Positions 41,838 to 53,327 are shown, counted from the first letter of the stretch. The stretch: DNA of 64,000 nt from an uncultured Rickettsiales bacterium (GCA_964467255.1 CAYXPR010000007.1:320-64319); one strand, 5' to 3'. The notes: a model not told the origin generated them from the sequence alone. Translations and numbers: made by a program.

Positions 41838-42980
41838 ATGCGCAATATCCTGAAACACTATGTTCGCTATGTTGCCAGCCGGATACTCGGCCCCTTCGTG
41901 CTGATTAGCCTTTCCATCACCTGCATCATTTGGCTCACGCAGTCACTGCGCTTTATCGACCTTATCATCAATCGCGGCCTGAACGTAACAAGCTTCTTAT
42001 ATCTTTCCGTGCTGCTGGTGCCTTCGCTGCTGGCGGTGGTGATTCCCGTGGCGCTGGTGGTGAGCATTATCCATGCGTACAATAAGTTATCTGTAGAGAG
42101 TGAGCTCGTGGCGCTGAAAAGCGCCGGACTTTCCAAACTGGAAATTATTAAACCCGCGTTGATGGTGGCTGCGCTCGCCACCTGCCTGAGCTACACGATT
42201 ACTCTCTATGTGCAGCCCGCCTCTTACCGCGAGTTTAAAGACATGCAGGCATTCATCCGCGACAACTACGCCTCGCTGCTGCTGCAAGAAGGTGTGTTCA
42301 ACACACCCATTAAAGGGCTGACGGTTTACATCCGCGAATCCGGCGACAATGGCATGATGAAAGGTTTGCTGGTGCACGATAACCGCGATCTCACAAAGCC
42401 CATCACCATGATGGCAGAAGAAGGCCAACTGATTCGTGCCACAGGCGGACCACGCTTTATTCTTATCAATGGTAACCGTCAGGAAGTAGACCGCAAAAAC
42501 GGCCAGCTCTCGCTGCTTTATTTTGAACGCTACGCGCTCGACCTCAGCAGCTTTGCCGGCACCACACAGGTGCGCTGGCGTGAGCCGGACGAACGCTACC
42601 TCGACGAACTGTTCTGGCCGCGCGATGATACCGCGCCGCAATTTTTGCCTAAGCTGCGCGCCGAAGGCCATAACCGCCTAACCTGGCCGCTTTATAATAT
42701 AGTGCTCGCTTTGGCGGCGCTATTGCCCTTTACGCTGGGAGATTTCAACCGCCGCGGCCTGAACCGCCGCATCCTTGCTTCCACCAGCATTGTGATCGGG
42801 CTTTTAACCTTAGGGCTTTCGATGAAGAATATGGCGTCCAACAACCCTGCGGTAATCCCCGCGATGTATCTGGTTGTTATTGCAACAAGCGCCGCCATGC
42901 TGTTCTTCATGCTGCGCAATGCACGCAAACGAACATGGCTAAAATGGCTCACACGCAAGCAGGAAAGGGCAGCGTCATGA
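41838..42980 (+). CDS. lptF: LPS export ABC permease LptF
   Basis: YjgP/YjgQ family, six TM helices with a periplasmic beta-jellyroll. Divergent from pepA as in E. coli. Confidence 0.85.
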   Translation: MRNILKHYVRYVASRILGPFVLISLSITCIIWLTQSLRFIDLIINRGLNVTSFLYLSVLLVPSLLAVVIPVALVVSIIHAYNKLSVESELVALKSAGLSKLEIIKPALMVAALATCLSYTITLYVQPASYREFKDMQAFIRDNYASLLLQEGVFNTPIKGLTVYIRESGDNGMMKGLLVHDNRDLTKPITMMAEEGQLIRATGGPRFILINGNRQEVDRKNGQLSLLYFERYALDLSSFAGTTQVRWREPDERYLDELFWPRDDTAPQFLPKLRAEGHNRLTWPLYNIVLALAALLPFTLGDFNRRGLNRRILASTSIVIGLLTLGLSMKNMASNNPAVIPAMYLVVIATSAAMLFFMLRNARKRTWLKWLTRKQERAAS

Positions 42981-44089
42981 GGCTCCCCTTCACTCTCTCA
43001 TTTTATATCGTGCGCCAATTCCTCCAGAGCACACTGATGATTCTCGGTGTGTTCGTTGGGCTCATCATCCTGATTGATTCGGCTGAGGTGCTGCGCAGGT
43101 CATATAACAAAGATATTTCCTTCCTTATCATGATGGAAATGGTACTGCTGAAATTCCCCTCGCTGGTGCAAAAGCTTACACCATTCATTATGCTTGTGAG
43201 CGCAGTGATTACACTCTCGCGCCTAACCCGCAATCAAGAGCTTATCATCGCCCGCGCGGCCGGTGTTTCCGTGTGGCAGTTTTTGGCACCCGTGGTGTGC
43301 ACTGCTGCGGCTATCGGTGTGTTTATGGTGACGGTGTTTAACCCGCTCGCCTGCGTGATGCTGTCAAAAAATGAACGGCTGGAAGGCAAATATTTGAAAG
43401 GGCAAATCAGTTCATTGGCTGTTTCATCATCCGGTTTATGGCTGCGGCAAAAAAATAATTCGGGAACGCCGAACGGTGATACAGGCGAAAGCATTATACA
43501 CGCGCTGCGCGCTGGACAGAATGATGGTGAGCTGCATGACGTAACGATTTTCGTATTTGCGGGCAAGGATCAGTTCGTCCAGCGCATCGATGCCAGCCGC
43601 GCCAAACTCGCGAATGATTTCTGGCAGCTGCATAACGTGATTATCACTTATCCTGATAAACCCGCGCAACGTGTGCCGGAGTTTTTCCTTGAAACCGAGT
43701 TAACGCTCGCACAAATTCACGACAGCTTCTCACCGCCGGAAACCATTTCTTTCTGGGCATTGCCTGCGTTTATCGAAACACTGAAAGAAGCGGGCTTTTC
43801 AGCATTGCGCCACCGTCTGCACTGGCATTCCATCCTAGTCAGCCCGTTGTTTTATGCCGCCATGGTGCTTGTGGCTGCTATCTTCTCTATGCGCCCACAG
43901 CGACAAGGTAAACATGCGCTGATGATTACACTTAGTGTGTTCACTGCGTTCTTAATCTATTTCTTTAATGACCTTATCGGAGCCCTTGGTCTTTCAGGGA
44001 AATTACCGATTATTGTTGCCGCATGGGTGCCGGTGTGCGCCGTGCTTCTAGCAAGTGTTGCTACTTTGCTCCATCTGGAAGATGGCTAA
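42977..44089 (+). CDS. lptG: LPS export ABC permease LptG
   Basis: Second YjgP/YjgQ paralog. ATGA overlap with the lptF stop; the track start at 42935 is rejected. Confidence 0.85.
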   Translation: MRLPFTLSFYIVRQFLQSTLMILGVFVGLIILIDSAEVLRRSYNKDISFLIMMEMVLLKFPSLVQKLTPFIMLVSAVITLSRLTRNQELIIARAAGVSVWQFLAPVVCTAAAIGVFMVTVFNPLACVMLSKNERLEGKYLKGQISSLAVSSSGLWLRQKNNSGTPNGDTGESIIHALRAGQNDGELHDVTIFVFAGKDQFVQRIDASRAKLANDFWQLHNVIITYPDKPAQRVPEFFLETELTLAQIHDSFSPPETISFWALPAFIETLKEAGFSALRHRLHWHSILVSPLFYAAMVLVAAIFSMRPQRQGKHALMITLSVFTAFLIYFFNDLIGALGLSGKLPIIVAAWVPVCAVLLASVATLLHLEDG

Positions 44090-44190
44090 ACCCTGCTGCC
44101 TAAAAATGTAGCAATTATCTGGACTTAGCCTTGGTTTTTGTTACACTTTTCTCAGTGTCGTTTAGGTAAAACCACAGTGGCTTTTTTAGA

Positions 44191-46377
44191 GTGAAACAGG
44201 TAGTTCCTCCCCCAAGCCTTAAGGCTTTTTTATGCGCAAGCACAGTGTTGCTGGGCGCATTTTTTATTGCCCCCACCGCCGCCAATGCCGCGCTAAATAA
44301 GAGCGTCGCCCTTTCAGAACAGCCTGTAACCATTGAGGCAGATGCGCTTTCATACAACCCCGAACACCAACTGGTTATGGCCATCGGCAATGTGGAAATT
44401 GTGCAGCAAGGCCGCGTGCTGATTGCCGAAGAACTGGCCTATGACCAAATCACCGGTATGGTGCTGGCCAGAGGCGATGTGAGCCTGATGGAGCCGGACG
44501 GCAATGTGTATTTTGCCGACGAAGTGGAACTAAAGGATGATATGAAAAAAGGCATCATTCAGCACTTCAATGCGCGTATGAAGGATGGCTCGCTGCTTGC
44601 CTCAAACAGCGCCGAGCGCTTCAACAAAGACATTATGCAACTACGCGATGCGGTCTATAGCCCCTGCAAAATTTGCAGCAACGGCAAACCCAAAACACCA
44701 ACCTGGCAGCTGAAAGCCGATGAAGTAACGCTAAACGATGAAAAAGAACGCGTCTATTACAAAAATGCCACGATGGAATATTACGGCGTGCCGATTTTAT
44801 ACACCCCTTACCTTTCGCATGCCGCACCAGGCGCTGACCGCAAAAGCGGATTTTTGATGCCGAGCTATAGCAGTATCAGCACGCTGGGCGTTACTGCCAA
44901 GGTGCCGTACTACTGGAGCATCGAGCCAAACATGGATGCCACCATTACCCCGTTCCTGACCAGTAATGAAGGACCGGTGATGATTGGCGAATTCCGCCAC
45001 CTGACCGACCAAGGCCAGTATGAACTGACGGGCAGTATCACCAACCCCAAACAGCGTGATGAATTGGGCTTCCGCACTACCGGACGCGACTTGCGCGGGC
45101 ATGTTGAAGGTAAGGGTGAGTTCGCCATAAAAGATGATTGGGTATGGGGCTTTAATGGCAAACGCTCAACCGATGATACTTACTTGCAGCGTTATAAATT
45201 CGGTAATGAAGATTTGCTGACATCACGCGCCTATGTGAATCGCCTGACCGGACGCAACTACATCACCGCTGATGGCCTGACCTTCCAAGGGCTAAATGCG
45301 GAAGACGACCCAGACACGACTCCGCTGGTACTACCGATTGTTGCCACCCACCATGAAACCGAAGCTGGTTGGCGTGGCTCGCGCTTTATGCTGGATTCCA
45401 ACCTTATGGCTTTGAGCCGTGGCGAAGGTATTGAAAGCCGCCGCGTGTCGTTCAAAGGCGGTTGGAAGTTGCCCTACGTGACCGATAACGGCCACTCGTT
45501 TGAGGTACGCACCAGCCTGCGAGCCGATGGGTATCATGTAAGTGATGTGCCCGACCCGCTTTCGCTCACCGACGAACAAAACGGCACCGCTGGCCGCGTA
45601 ATTCCCGAAACGCAGGTGGAATGGAGCCTGCCGCTTGTTAAATACAGCGAAGCATCGCATGTGTTCGTTGAACCTGTAGCAAACATTATTCTAAGCCCTT
45701 ATGGTGGCAACCCAAATAAAATCCCTAACGAGGACAGCCAAGACGTCGAGCTTTCTGACGTGAACCTGTTCAGCGGCAACCACTTCACCGGCCTCGACAG
45801 GGTGGAAGGTGGCCCACGTGCAAATTACGGGATGCGCGGCGGTGTGTATGGCACCAATGGCAGCCGCATGAACTTTCTACTCGGGCAGAGCTATCGCCTG
45901 AAGGAAGACGAACAGTTCCGCGAAGAATCCGGACTTAAAGAGAATTTTTCTGACTATGTGGGCCGCGTAAGTGTAAATAACGGCCAGAACCTTGAGCTTT
46001 CTTACCGCTTCCGCTTAGACATGGAAGACTTCGACCCCCACCGCAATGAAATTGAAGCCGCGCTGGATTTCAGCCCCCTAAGGCTAACAGGTGCTTATGT
46101 ATTGTTAAGTGAAGATATCGCCGCACGGCCTGAGCTGGACCGCGAGGAAATTGCCTCGTCCATTGCCTATGACCTCTCGCAGGAATGGACGGTCAACGGC
46201 TATGCCCGCCGCGACCTTTCGGATGATGGCGGCTTGATTTCCGCCGGTTCCGGCCTTGTGTTCCACAATGAATGTCTTACCGTTAGTGGCCAATTCGGCA
46301 GGGAATTCATCCGCGACCGCGATATTGAACCCTCAACCTTCTTCATGCTGGAAATTGGCTTTAAAAACTTGAACTAG
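44191..46377 (+). CDS. lptD: LPS-assembly outer-membrane protein LptD
   Basis: 728 aa with a signal peptide, an OstA-like N-domain and a large beta-barrel. Followed by surA. Confidence 0.9.
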   Translation: MKQVVPPPSLKAFLCASTVLLGAFFIAPTAANAALNKSVALSEQPVTIEADALSYNPEHQLVMAIGNVEIVQQGRVLIAEELAYDQITGMVLARGDVSLMEPDGNVYFADEVELKDDMKKGIIQHFNARMKDGSLLASNSAERFNKDIMQLRDAVYSPCKICSNGKPKTPTWQLKADEVTLNDEKERVYYKNATMEYYGVPILYTPYLSHAAPGADRKSGFLMPSYSSISTLGVTAKVPYYWSIEPNMDATITPFLTSNEGPVMIGEFRHLTDQGQYELTGSITNPKQRDELGFRTTGRDLRGHVEGKGEFAIKDDWVWGFNGKRSTDDTYLQRYKFGNEDLLTSRAYVNRLTGRNYITADGLTFQGLNAEDDPDTTPLVLPIVATHHETEAGWRGSRFMLDSNLMALSRGEGIESRRVSFKGGWKLPYVTDNGHSFEVRTSLRADGYHVSDVPDPLSLTDEQNGTAGRVIPETQVEWSLPLVKYSEASHVFVEPVANIILSPYGGNPNKIPNEDSQDVELSDVNLFSGNHFTGLDRVEGGPRANYGMRGGVYGTNGSRMNFLLGQSYRLKEDEQFREESGLKENFSDYVGRVSVNNGQNLELSYRFRLDMEDFDPHRNEIEAALDFSPLRLTGAYVLLSEDIAARPELDREEIASSIAYDLSQEWTVNGYARRDLSDDGGLISAGSGLVFHNECLTVSGQFGREFIRDRDIEPSTFFMLEIGFKNLN

Positions 46378-46427
46378 CGCCATAAAGTGGTGTAATACTG
46401 GCAGTGTTCAGTAGTTTACGATGGCGC

Positions 46428-47390
46428 ATGATTAAAAAGATTTTCCTCCTGTTTACTCTTATGATTTTACTGCCCTGCCTCACGCAGGCAGCGCCGGTGA
46501 ATTTTGATATCGTCGCACTGGTGAATGATGACGTAATTACACGCCATGAACTCAACAACCGCATGAAGATTGCCTTTCACGCCACCAAGCTGCCTGATAC
46601 AGCTGAAACGCGCGCTAAGCTAACACCCCAACTGCTTCAGATTATGATTGATGAGCGCTTACAGCGCCAAGAAGCCAAAAAACTCGAAATTAAAATGACT
46701 GAAACCGAAGCCGCTCGCGCACGGTCGGAACTGGAAAAGCAAAACAATGTGCCTGCCGGAAAGCTCGATGATTACATCGCCAAGCAGGGCCTCGACAAAG
46801 ACGCAATTTTAGCGCAGGTCGAGTCGCAGATTCTATGGACGAAAGTTATCTACAAAAAAGTCCGCCCGCAAATCAAACTCTCTGACCAAGAAGTGAAAGA
46901 CGCGGTAGAAAAGGCAAAAGTGCAAATTGCCCAAGGCGTGACCGAAATGGAACTGGCTGAAATTGTGCTGCCTGTAGCGAGTAAAGAAGAAGAACAGAAC
47001 GTGCAGCAGCTGGCCGCAAAGTTGTTTGAAGAATTGAGCAACGGCGCCGACTTTGCCTCGGTCGCAAAAGAATTTTCAACCAGCAGCACATCTGACACCA
47101 AGGGGGTTATCGGCTGGCTGGCGCTGGAAGACTTAGAGCCCACGCTGCGCCAAGCGCTCGACGGGCTTGAGGTGGGCAAAATCACCCTGCCCGTGCGATC
47201 ACCCCGCGGCTACCTGATTTTGAAAGTACTGAATAAAAAAGAAAAAGCTAGCAGCACCGAAAGCCATGCCCAAACCAACCCAGACGAAGGCCGTATTCGC
47301 GATTTCCTAACCTTACGTAAAATGGAGCTTGAAGCGCGCCGCTACATTGCAAGCCTGCGCGACAAAGCCTATATCGAAAAGCGTCTATGA
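46428..47390 (+). CDS. surA: Periplasmic chaperone/PPIase SurA (single parvulin domain)
   Basis: Signal peptide MIKKIFLLFTLMILLPCLTQAAP, SurA N-domain, one parvulin domain. Confidence 0.8.
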   Translation: MIKKIFLLFTLMILLPCLTQAAPVNFDIVALVNDDVITRHELNNRMKIAFHATKLPDTAETRAKLTPQLLQIMIDERLQRQEAKKLEIKMTETEAARARSELEKQNNVPAGKLDDYIAKQGLDKDAILAQVESQILWTKVIYKKVRPQIKLSDQEVKDAVEKAKVQIAQGVTEMELAEIVLPVASKEEEQNVQQLAAKLFEELSNGADFASVAKEFSTSSTSDTKGVIGWLALEDLEPTLRQALDGLEVGKITLPVRSPRGYLILKVLNKKEKASSTESHAQTNPDEGRIRDFLTLRKMELEARRYIASLRDKAYIEKRL

Positions 47391-48244
47391 GCTCCACTAC
47401 GGCGAATCCTTCGGATGACCCCGTATTAGCCTTGCCGCCCTTGCGGGAGGTGATTGATACACACGGCCTGTTCACCCGCAAAGCACTCGGCCAGCACTTT
47501 CTGCTCGACCTGAACTTAACACGCCGCATCGCCCGTGCTGCCGGAACCTTAAAAGGATATTCCGTGATTGAAGTGGGTCCCGGCCCCGGCGGCCTGACCC
47601 GCGCACTGCTGATTGAAGGTGCCGACACCCTCACCGCCATTGAAAAAGACCCGCGCTGCATGGAGGCGCTTGCACCGTTGGTAGACGCCTCAAACGGGCG
47701 GTTTACGTTATTGGAGGCGGACGCGCTGAAAATGGATATCACCACGCTTGCCAAAGGCAGACCAATCAAAATCGTCGCAAACCTACCGTATAACGTGGGC
47801 ACGCCGATGCTGATTAACTGGCTGGAGCACGGCACGGCGATTGAACGCATGACACTGATGTTCCAAAAAGAAGTGGTAGACCGTATTGCCGCCGTGCCCG
47901 ATACAGGCGATTACGGCCGCCTCGCCGTGATGTGCCAATGGCTGTGTGATGTGCGCAAGGAATTTGACGTAAGCGCGCAGGCCTTTTTCCCGCCGCCGAA
48001 AGTCACTTCCGCCGTGGTTTCGCTAACCCCTAAAAAATCCGGTGTGGATTATGCATTGTTCCCCGCGATGGAGCATGTATGCATGAAGCTGTTCGGCCAG
48101 CGCCGCAAGATGCTGCGCAGCAGCCTAAAACAGGTGACAAGCAATCCGGAAGCAGTGTTGAAACAATGCGGAATCGACGGCACATTACGGCCAGAAAACC
48201 TGACCGTGAATCAGTTCGTAGACATTGCGCGGCTATGCGCATGA
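47387..48244 (+). CDS. rsmA: 16S rRNA (adenine1518/1519-N6)-dimethyltransferase
   Basis: GQHFL, VIEVGPGPGGLT SAM motif and NLPYNV. ATGA overlap with the surA stop. Confidence 0.95.
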   Translation: MSSTTANPSDDPVLALPPLREVIDTHGLFTRKALGQHFLLDLNLTRRIARAAGTLKGYSVIEVGPGPGGLTRALLIEGADTLTAIEKDPRCMEALAPLVDASNGRFTLLEADALKMDITTLAKGRPIKIVANLPYNVGTPMLINWLEHGTAIERMTLMFQKEVVDRIAAVPDTGDYGRLAVMCQWLCDVRKEFDVSAQAFFPPPKVTSAVVSLTPKKSGVDYALFPAMEHVCMKLFGQRRKMLRSSLKQVTSNPEAVLKQCGIDGTLRPENLTVNQFVDIARLCA

Positions 48245-49482
48245 GCATCAATGCTCGCGGTGCTGCGGGCTAATATCCAGCATAGTAAGCCGGACGCTAC
48301 CCACCAATATTGCCAGACGCCATACGACAGATAGCCGATAATGATGTAGCAACTAAGCGCTGCCATGCCGGAGGATTTTTCTGCCGGCTTCAGATGACTA
48401 CCATTGATAGCGTAAACACCATACCCTAGCGTAGCAATGAAGAGCGCCAAGCCAATATAACCAAGCTCAAGCCAAATTTGTAGCACCTGATTGTGCGGAT
48501 GCACGGGCAACAGTTTACGGTCATCCGTTTTTCCGGCCTCAGTGAATTGAATGAGTACATCGCCACCCGGGATATTGCGTGAGCTATTAAAGCCCCAACC
48601 TGCAAAAGGCTTCTCCTGCGCCCGCTCAAGCGCAAAGTTCCAGATATACAAACGGTGTTCTGCCGAAGGCGGTACCTGCGCCAGCTTTACTGCAAATTTA
48701 TCGGAGTTAAGCTGCCCCATTAAATAAGGCGTGGCCAGCACACACATCACGATGCCCGCCCCCACCAAGAGCGTGAGGCGCCCACGGAAAACCCAATTGA
48801 ATAAAAACACGACCGTCGAGGCAGCAAAGGCGAGCGTGGCAGAAAGACTTTCAAGCTGCACAAGTAGCGAGCCTGTGCCAACCCAGAGCAGCAAATTCAT
48901 CTGCACCGCTTTGCGTATTGGCATGCGGTGGCGATGCAGGAGCACACGGTGTAGCGCCATCGCAAAAGGCCAATAGAGCAGCACGGCAAAGGTCAGGCCG
49001 CGATTCATCACGCTTGGGTCATACGCTGCACTTTTCCCACCAATCAGATTTTTGAGCGCGGTAATAACCCAACCTTGCGTCATCACCTCAAACACCACCA
49101 TCAAAAGTGCAACCAGCATGCCAAAGCACAGGCGCTTATCGATGGCGTATTTCTGCTCTTCATTCATGCGGCTTACGCCTTTGAGCAGAGCAAAGCCCAG
49201 CACAATAAGCAGCACCAGCCGCACCCATGCGCCCAGCGCGTTTTCCACGTCAGACGCCCAGAAGGATGAAATCAATGCCCAGCTGAAAAACAAGGCAAAG
49301 GCAATGATAAAGCCATTGGCAAAGGGGGAGTTATTTTTTTGAGTGAGGCATACAGGAATAACCGGCACGGCCATGAGCAGAAACACTGGCACCACACCAA
49401 GGCCGGAAACCATCGCCACCGGCGGCAATAACGTAATCAGTAGAAGCATTAGCCTGAACACCCACGAATGCATGGAGATCAT
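48211..49482 (-). CDS. O-antigen ligase family membrane protein (Wzy_C)
   Basis: 423 aa, polytopic, with HPHNQVLQIWLELGYIGL motif. Its 3' end overlaps the rsmA 3' end by 34 nt. Confidence 0.75.
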   Translation of the reverse strand: MISMHSWVFRLMLLLITLLPPVAMVSGLGVVPVFLLMAVPVIPVCLTQKNNSPFANGFIIAFALFFSWALISSFWASDVENALGAWVRLVLLIVLGFALLKGVSRMNEEQKYAIDKRLCFGMLVALLMVVFEVMTQGWVITALKNLIGGKSAAYDPSVMNRGLTFAVLLYWPFAMALHRVLLHRHRMPIRKAVQMNLLLWVGTGSLLVQLESLSATLAFAASTVVFLFNWVFRGRLTLLVGAGIVMCVLATPYLMGQLNSDKFAVKLAQVPPSAEHRLYIWNFALERAQEKPFAGWGFNSSRNIPGGDVLIQFTEAGKTDDRKLLPVHPHNQVLQIWLELGYIGLALFIATLGYGVYAINGSHLKPAEKSSGMAALSCYIIIGYLSYGVWQYWWVASGLLCWILARSTASIDAHAHSRAMSTN

Positions 49483-49494
49483 GACTGCTTCCCC

Positions 49495-50139
<645 letters not shown>

Positions 50140-50218
50140 GCCTACCTTTATTGCTTTCTTAATCAGTAGAATGTTTTAGTATAGGCCTCTAAATTAGCAA
50201 AGTTTTTCATAAGGATAT

Positions 50219-51019
50219 ATGGGAAAATTCGAAAACCCCACCTGCATCCTGATAACCGGTGCCAGCAGTGGACTGGGCGCCGCACTTGCCCTTGCTTACG
50301 CCGCGCCCGGCGTGCGGCTTTTGCTCACTGCCCGAAACCTTGAGCGGCTAAAGAGCGTGGCCGAAAACTGCCGCGCCAAAGGTGCAGAAGTGGAAACCGA
50401 TGTGCTGGATGTGACCGACGCTGAAAGCATGAGCCGTTGGATTTTAGAAGAAGACAAAGACCGCCCGATTGATTTGGTGATTGCCAACGCCGGTATTTCT
50501 GCTGGAACAGGCGGCAATGGCATGTTCGATGGCGAAACCGCCGAACAGTCGCGCCGCATTTTTGAAGCCAACATGATGGGCGTGCTAAACACCATTCACC
50601 CCGTGTTGCCACTAATGGCAGCACGGCAGCACGGGCAAATTGCTATCATCAGTTCACTCGCAAGCTTTCGCGGTATTCCCGGTGCGCCGTCTTACTCCGG
50701 TAGCAAAGCCGCAGTAAAAACCTATGGCGAGGCCCTGCGCGGCGCGATGAAAAAAAACGGCGTGGGCGTGACGGCAATATGCCCCGGATACATCCGCACA
50801 CCGATGACGGATGTAAATGATTTTTATATGCCGCAAATAATGACCGCCGAAAAAGCCGCAGATATTATTAAACAGCGCTTAAAAAAGAACCCTGCCCTGC
50901 TCGCTTTCCCAAACCCGTTTGCTATGGTGGTACGGCTGATTGGCGCGCTGCCGTGCTGGCTGACCGACCCGCTTTTCTCAAAGCTACCGCAAAAAAACGC
51001 TAGTCCACTTAAGGAGTGA
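50219..51019 (+). CDS. Short-chain dehydrogenase/reductase
   Basis: ITGASSGLG Rossmann motif and YSGSK catalytic motif. Confidence 0.85.
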   Translation: MGKFENPTCILITGASSGLGAALALAYAAPGVRLLLTARNLERLKSVAENCRAKGAEVETDVLDVTDAESMSRWILEEDKDRPIDLVIANAGISAGTGGNGMFDGETAEQSRRIFEANMMGVLNTIHPVLPLMAARQHGQIAIISSLASFRGIPGAPSYSGSKAAVKTYGEALRGAMKKNGVGVTAICPGYIRTPMTDVNDFYMPQIMTAEKAADIIKQRLKKNPALLAFPNPFAMVVRLIGALPCWLTDPLFSKLPQKNASPLKE

Positions 51020-51022
51020 TGT

Positions 51023-51319
51023 ATGGAATCTCTACCACTGACACCGACAAATATTGCTATCTACCTCGCCATCATCAATGTGCTGACGTTCCTACTCTAC
51101 TGGAAAGATAAAAGCGCAGCGAGGAATGGCGGCTGGCGCGTGCCTGAGGCAAGCCTGCTATTATTTGCACTGCTCGGCGGCTCACCCGCTGCATGGTTTG
51201 CGCAAAAGAAGCTGCGCCACAAAACCAAAAAGGGCAGCTTCCGCTCCCAGTTCTGGCTGGTGGTGATGATTCAGGTGGGTTTGTTAGTGGCTTACCTAAC
51301 AGGCAATTTGCCGTTTTAA
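51023..51319 (+). CDS. DUF1294 small membrane protein
   Basis: 98 aa, [16 protein letters not shown]...[19 protein letters not shown], matching the DUF1294 pattern. Confidence 0.7.
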   Translation: MESLPLTPTNIAIYLAIINVLTFLLYWKDKSAARNGGWRVPEASLLLFALLGGSPAAWFAQKKLRHKTKKGSFRSQFWLVVMIQVGLLVAYLTGNLPF

Positions 51320-51927
51320 GAAGCGAACAGCCACGGCGTTTGTTTGCGGTGTGCGCCTTCGTAGCTATCAATCTTCGCCTTATGCTCCAGCGTAAGGCCG
51401 ATATCATCCAGCCCATTCAGCAGGCAATGCTTGCGGAACGCATCCACATCAAAGCTGTAAGTCTTGTGATTGCCGGCAACGATTTGCTGCTTTTCTAAAT
51501 CCACCGTCAGCGTGTGCTGACCGCTCTGCGCGTGCGCAATCAATTCCTGTACCTGCGCTTTTGGTAGCACAATCGGCAGGATGCCGTTTTTAAAACAGTT
51601 ATTAAAAAAGATGTCCGCAAAGCTTGGTGCAATCACGCAGCAAATGCCAAAATCTGCCAGCGCCCACGGCGCATGCTCGCGGCTGGAACCGCAGCCAAAA
51701 TTATCGTCGGCCACTAAAATCTGCGCCTTGCGGTAATCTGGTTTATTCAACACGAAATCAGCAATCTCTTTGCCTTCCGGCGTGAAACGCATTTCATCAA
51801 ACAGATGTTTACCCAAACCCGTGCGCTTGATGGTTTTTAAAAACTGTTTCGGGATAATCATATCCGTATCGATGTTAATGAGCGGAAGCGCCGCCACCAC
51901 ACCTTTAAGCACTGTGAATTTCTGCAT
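51316..51927 (-). CDS. leuD: 3-isopropylmalate dehydratase small subunit
   Basis: 203 aa with [15 protein letters not shown] motif. Confidence 0.95.
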   Translation of the reverse strand: MQKFTVLKGVVAALPLINIDTDMIIPKQFLKTIKRTGLGKHLFDEMRFTPEGKEIADFVLNKPDYRKAQILVADDNFGCGSSREHAPWALADFGICCVIAPSFADIFFNNCFKNGILPIVLPKAQVQELIAHAQSGQHTLTVDLEKQQIVAGNHKTYSFDVDAFRKHCLLNGLDDIGLTLEHKAKIDSYEGAHRKQTPWLFAS

Positions 51928-51938
51928 TGGTTACTCCG

Positions 51939-52544
51939 TTATTTGCATTCAAAAATTTTTTCAATATCGGGGCTTGAAAGCACCGCCACGTTGCGGCGGA
52001 TTTTTGCTTCGTCCCAGTTCCACCATTTCAGCGCCAACAGGCGCTCAATCGTTTTTTCATCAAACCGCTTCTTTACCGAGCGGGCGGGGTTTCCCACCGC
52101 AATGCCGTAAGGCGGCACATCTTTTGCCACTACGGCAAAAGCCCCTACCACCGCACCATCGCCAATCGTGACGCCGGAAAGGATTTTTGCGCCCGTGCCA
52201 ATCCACACATCATTCCCGATGATGATGTCACCTTTGGAAACAGGCGTTTTGCCTTTTGCATTCGGCCAATCCGTCGGCAACGCCGCAAACGGGTAGGTCG
52301 TTACAAAATCAGGGCGGTGATTGCCGCCCACAAAAAGTTCCACCTCAGGTGCGATAGAACAAAATTTGCCAATCACAACCTTTTTTCCATCGTGCAGCCA
52401 ACGTATGGTTGGCTTGCCATAGGTGTAGTCACCCACCTCAATATCGGGGCGGGTAAAGTGCCGTTTGGTAAAATGAAAATTCGGCACATCCTTGGAGTCA
52501 GATGCCATCACCTGACCCGCATTATTGGCAACTGGTGTTTTCAT
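51939..52544 (-). CDS. Hexapeptide-repeat xenobiotic acetyltransferase (XAT class, Vat/CatB-like)
   Basis: 201 aa with GDYTYG, HRPDFVTTYPF, left-handed beta-helix repeats and C-terminal WWNWD motif. Confidence 0.75.
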   Translation of the reverse strand: MKTPVANNAGQVMASDSKDVPNFHFTKRHFTRPDIEVGDYTYGKPTIRWLHDGKKVVIGKFCSIAPEVELFVGGNHRPDFVTTYPFAALPTDWPNAKGKTPVSKGDIIIGNDVWIGTGAKILSGVTIGDGAVVGAFAVVAKDVPPYGIAVGNPARSVKKRFDEKTIERLLALKWWNWDEAKIRRNVAVLSSPDIEKIFECK

Positions 52545-52572
52545 AAAACCTTAGTGCAAACCTTCTCTTACC

Positions 52573-53250
52573 TTACTGCGCAGCAGCTGGTTCCGCAGTT
52601 GGCTGTACGGCAGGCTGTTCAGGCACAGGTGCCGGTTCAGCAGCAGGTGCCGTTACGGCAGGCGCAGCAGGTACTGCCTCACCCTGCGGCGGAACGGCCG
52701 CAGCATCAGGCATTGCTTGTGGCGCAGCCGGAGCAGCTGCTGGCGCTTCAGCGGGAGCAACCGCGGCAGGCTGTGCTGCCGGAGCTGCTGCTGGTGCAGC
52801 AGGTGCTTCTGAAGGGACAGCAAGCGGCATTGGTTCTGCCGGAGCAGCAAGCGGCACCTGAGGTACCGAAGGATTGCCTTCGTCATTCTTCACAACCGGT
52901 GCTTCACCGGGAATCTGAACACCAGAAGCAGGTGTTGTATCTTTTTTCTGGCACATGTCAGAGGCAGGGTTCACTGTGCAGATAACGAGCGCCCATAAAA
53001 TAGGGCTGGTCGCCATACCAACGCCAGAAAGTGCCGTGCCGATTACGCCAGTAATAAATTGTTTTTTAATGAGCGAAAAAACACCCAGCACTAAACCAAG
53101 AACAGAAATCACTCCCAAAAGAGGGACCATGCTCAGGCCACCAAATACAATACTGAGAATACCAAGAACCGGCGTCGAGCGGCTCATCTGGTTAATAGTA
53201 ATGTTTTGTGGAGGCAGATTTGCGTTATTCGGCGGCAGTGGCTCGTTCAT
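52573..53250 (-). CDS. Membrane protein with DUF4190-like N-terminus and about 110-aa Pro/Ala-rich tail
   Basis: 225 aa with two or three TM helices (VLGILSIVFGGLSMVPLLGVISVLGLVLGVF). The tail is made of PA/AP/AAP low-complexity sequence and is locally GC-rich. Confidence 0.6.
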   Translation of the reverse strand: MNEPLPPNNANLPPQNITINQMSRSTPVLGILSIVFGGLSMVPLLGVISVLGLVLGVFSLIKKQFITGVIGTALSGVGMATSPILWALVICTVNPASDMCQKKDTTPASGVQIPGEAPVVKNDEGNPSVPQVPLAAPAEPMPLAVPSEAPAAPAAAPAAQPAAVAPAEAPAAAPAAPQAMPDAAAVPPQGEAVPAAPAVTAPAAEPAPVPEQPAVQPTAEPAAAQ

Positions 53251-53327
53251 AAGTTGACCTTTAATAAAGCGTTGGACCGCTCATTAAACTATACCTCGAA
53301 AGCACAAAGTGCAACGAAATCATGCGC

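Noticed and set aside
52317-52985. 222-aa Q/P/L-rich plus-strand ORF
   Set aside because: It is antisense to the Pro/Ala-rich tail of the 52573..53250 membrane protein. Low-complexity GC-rich DNA keeps several frames open.
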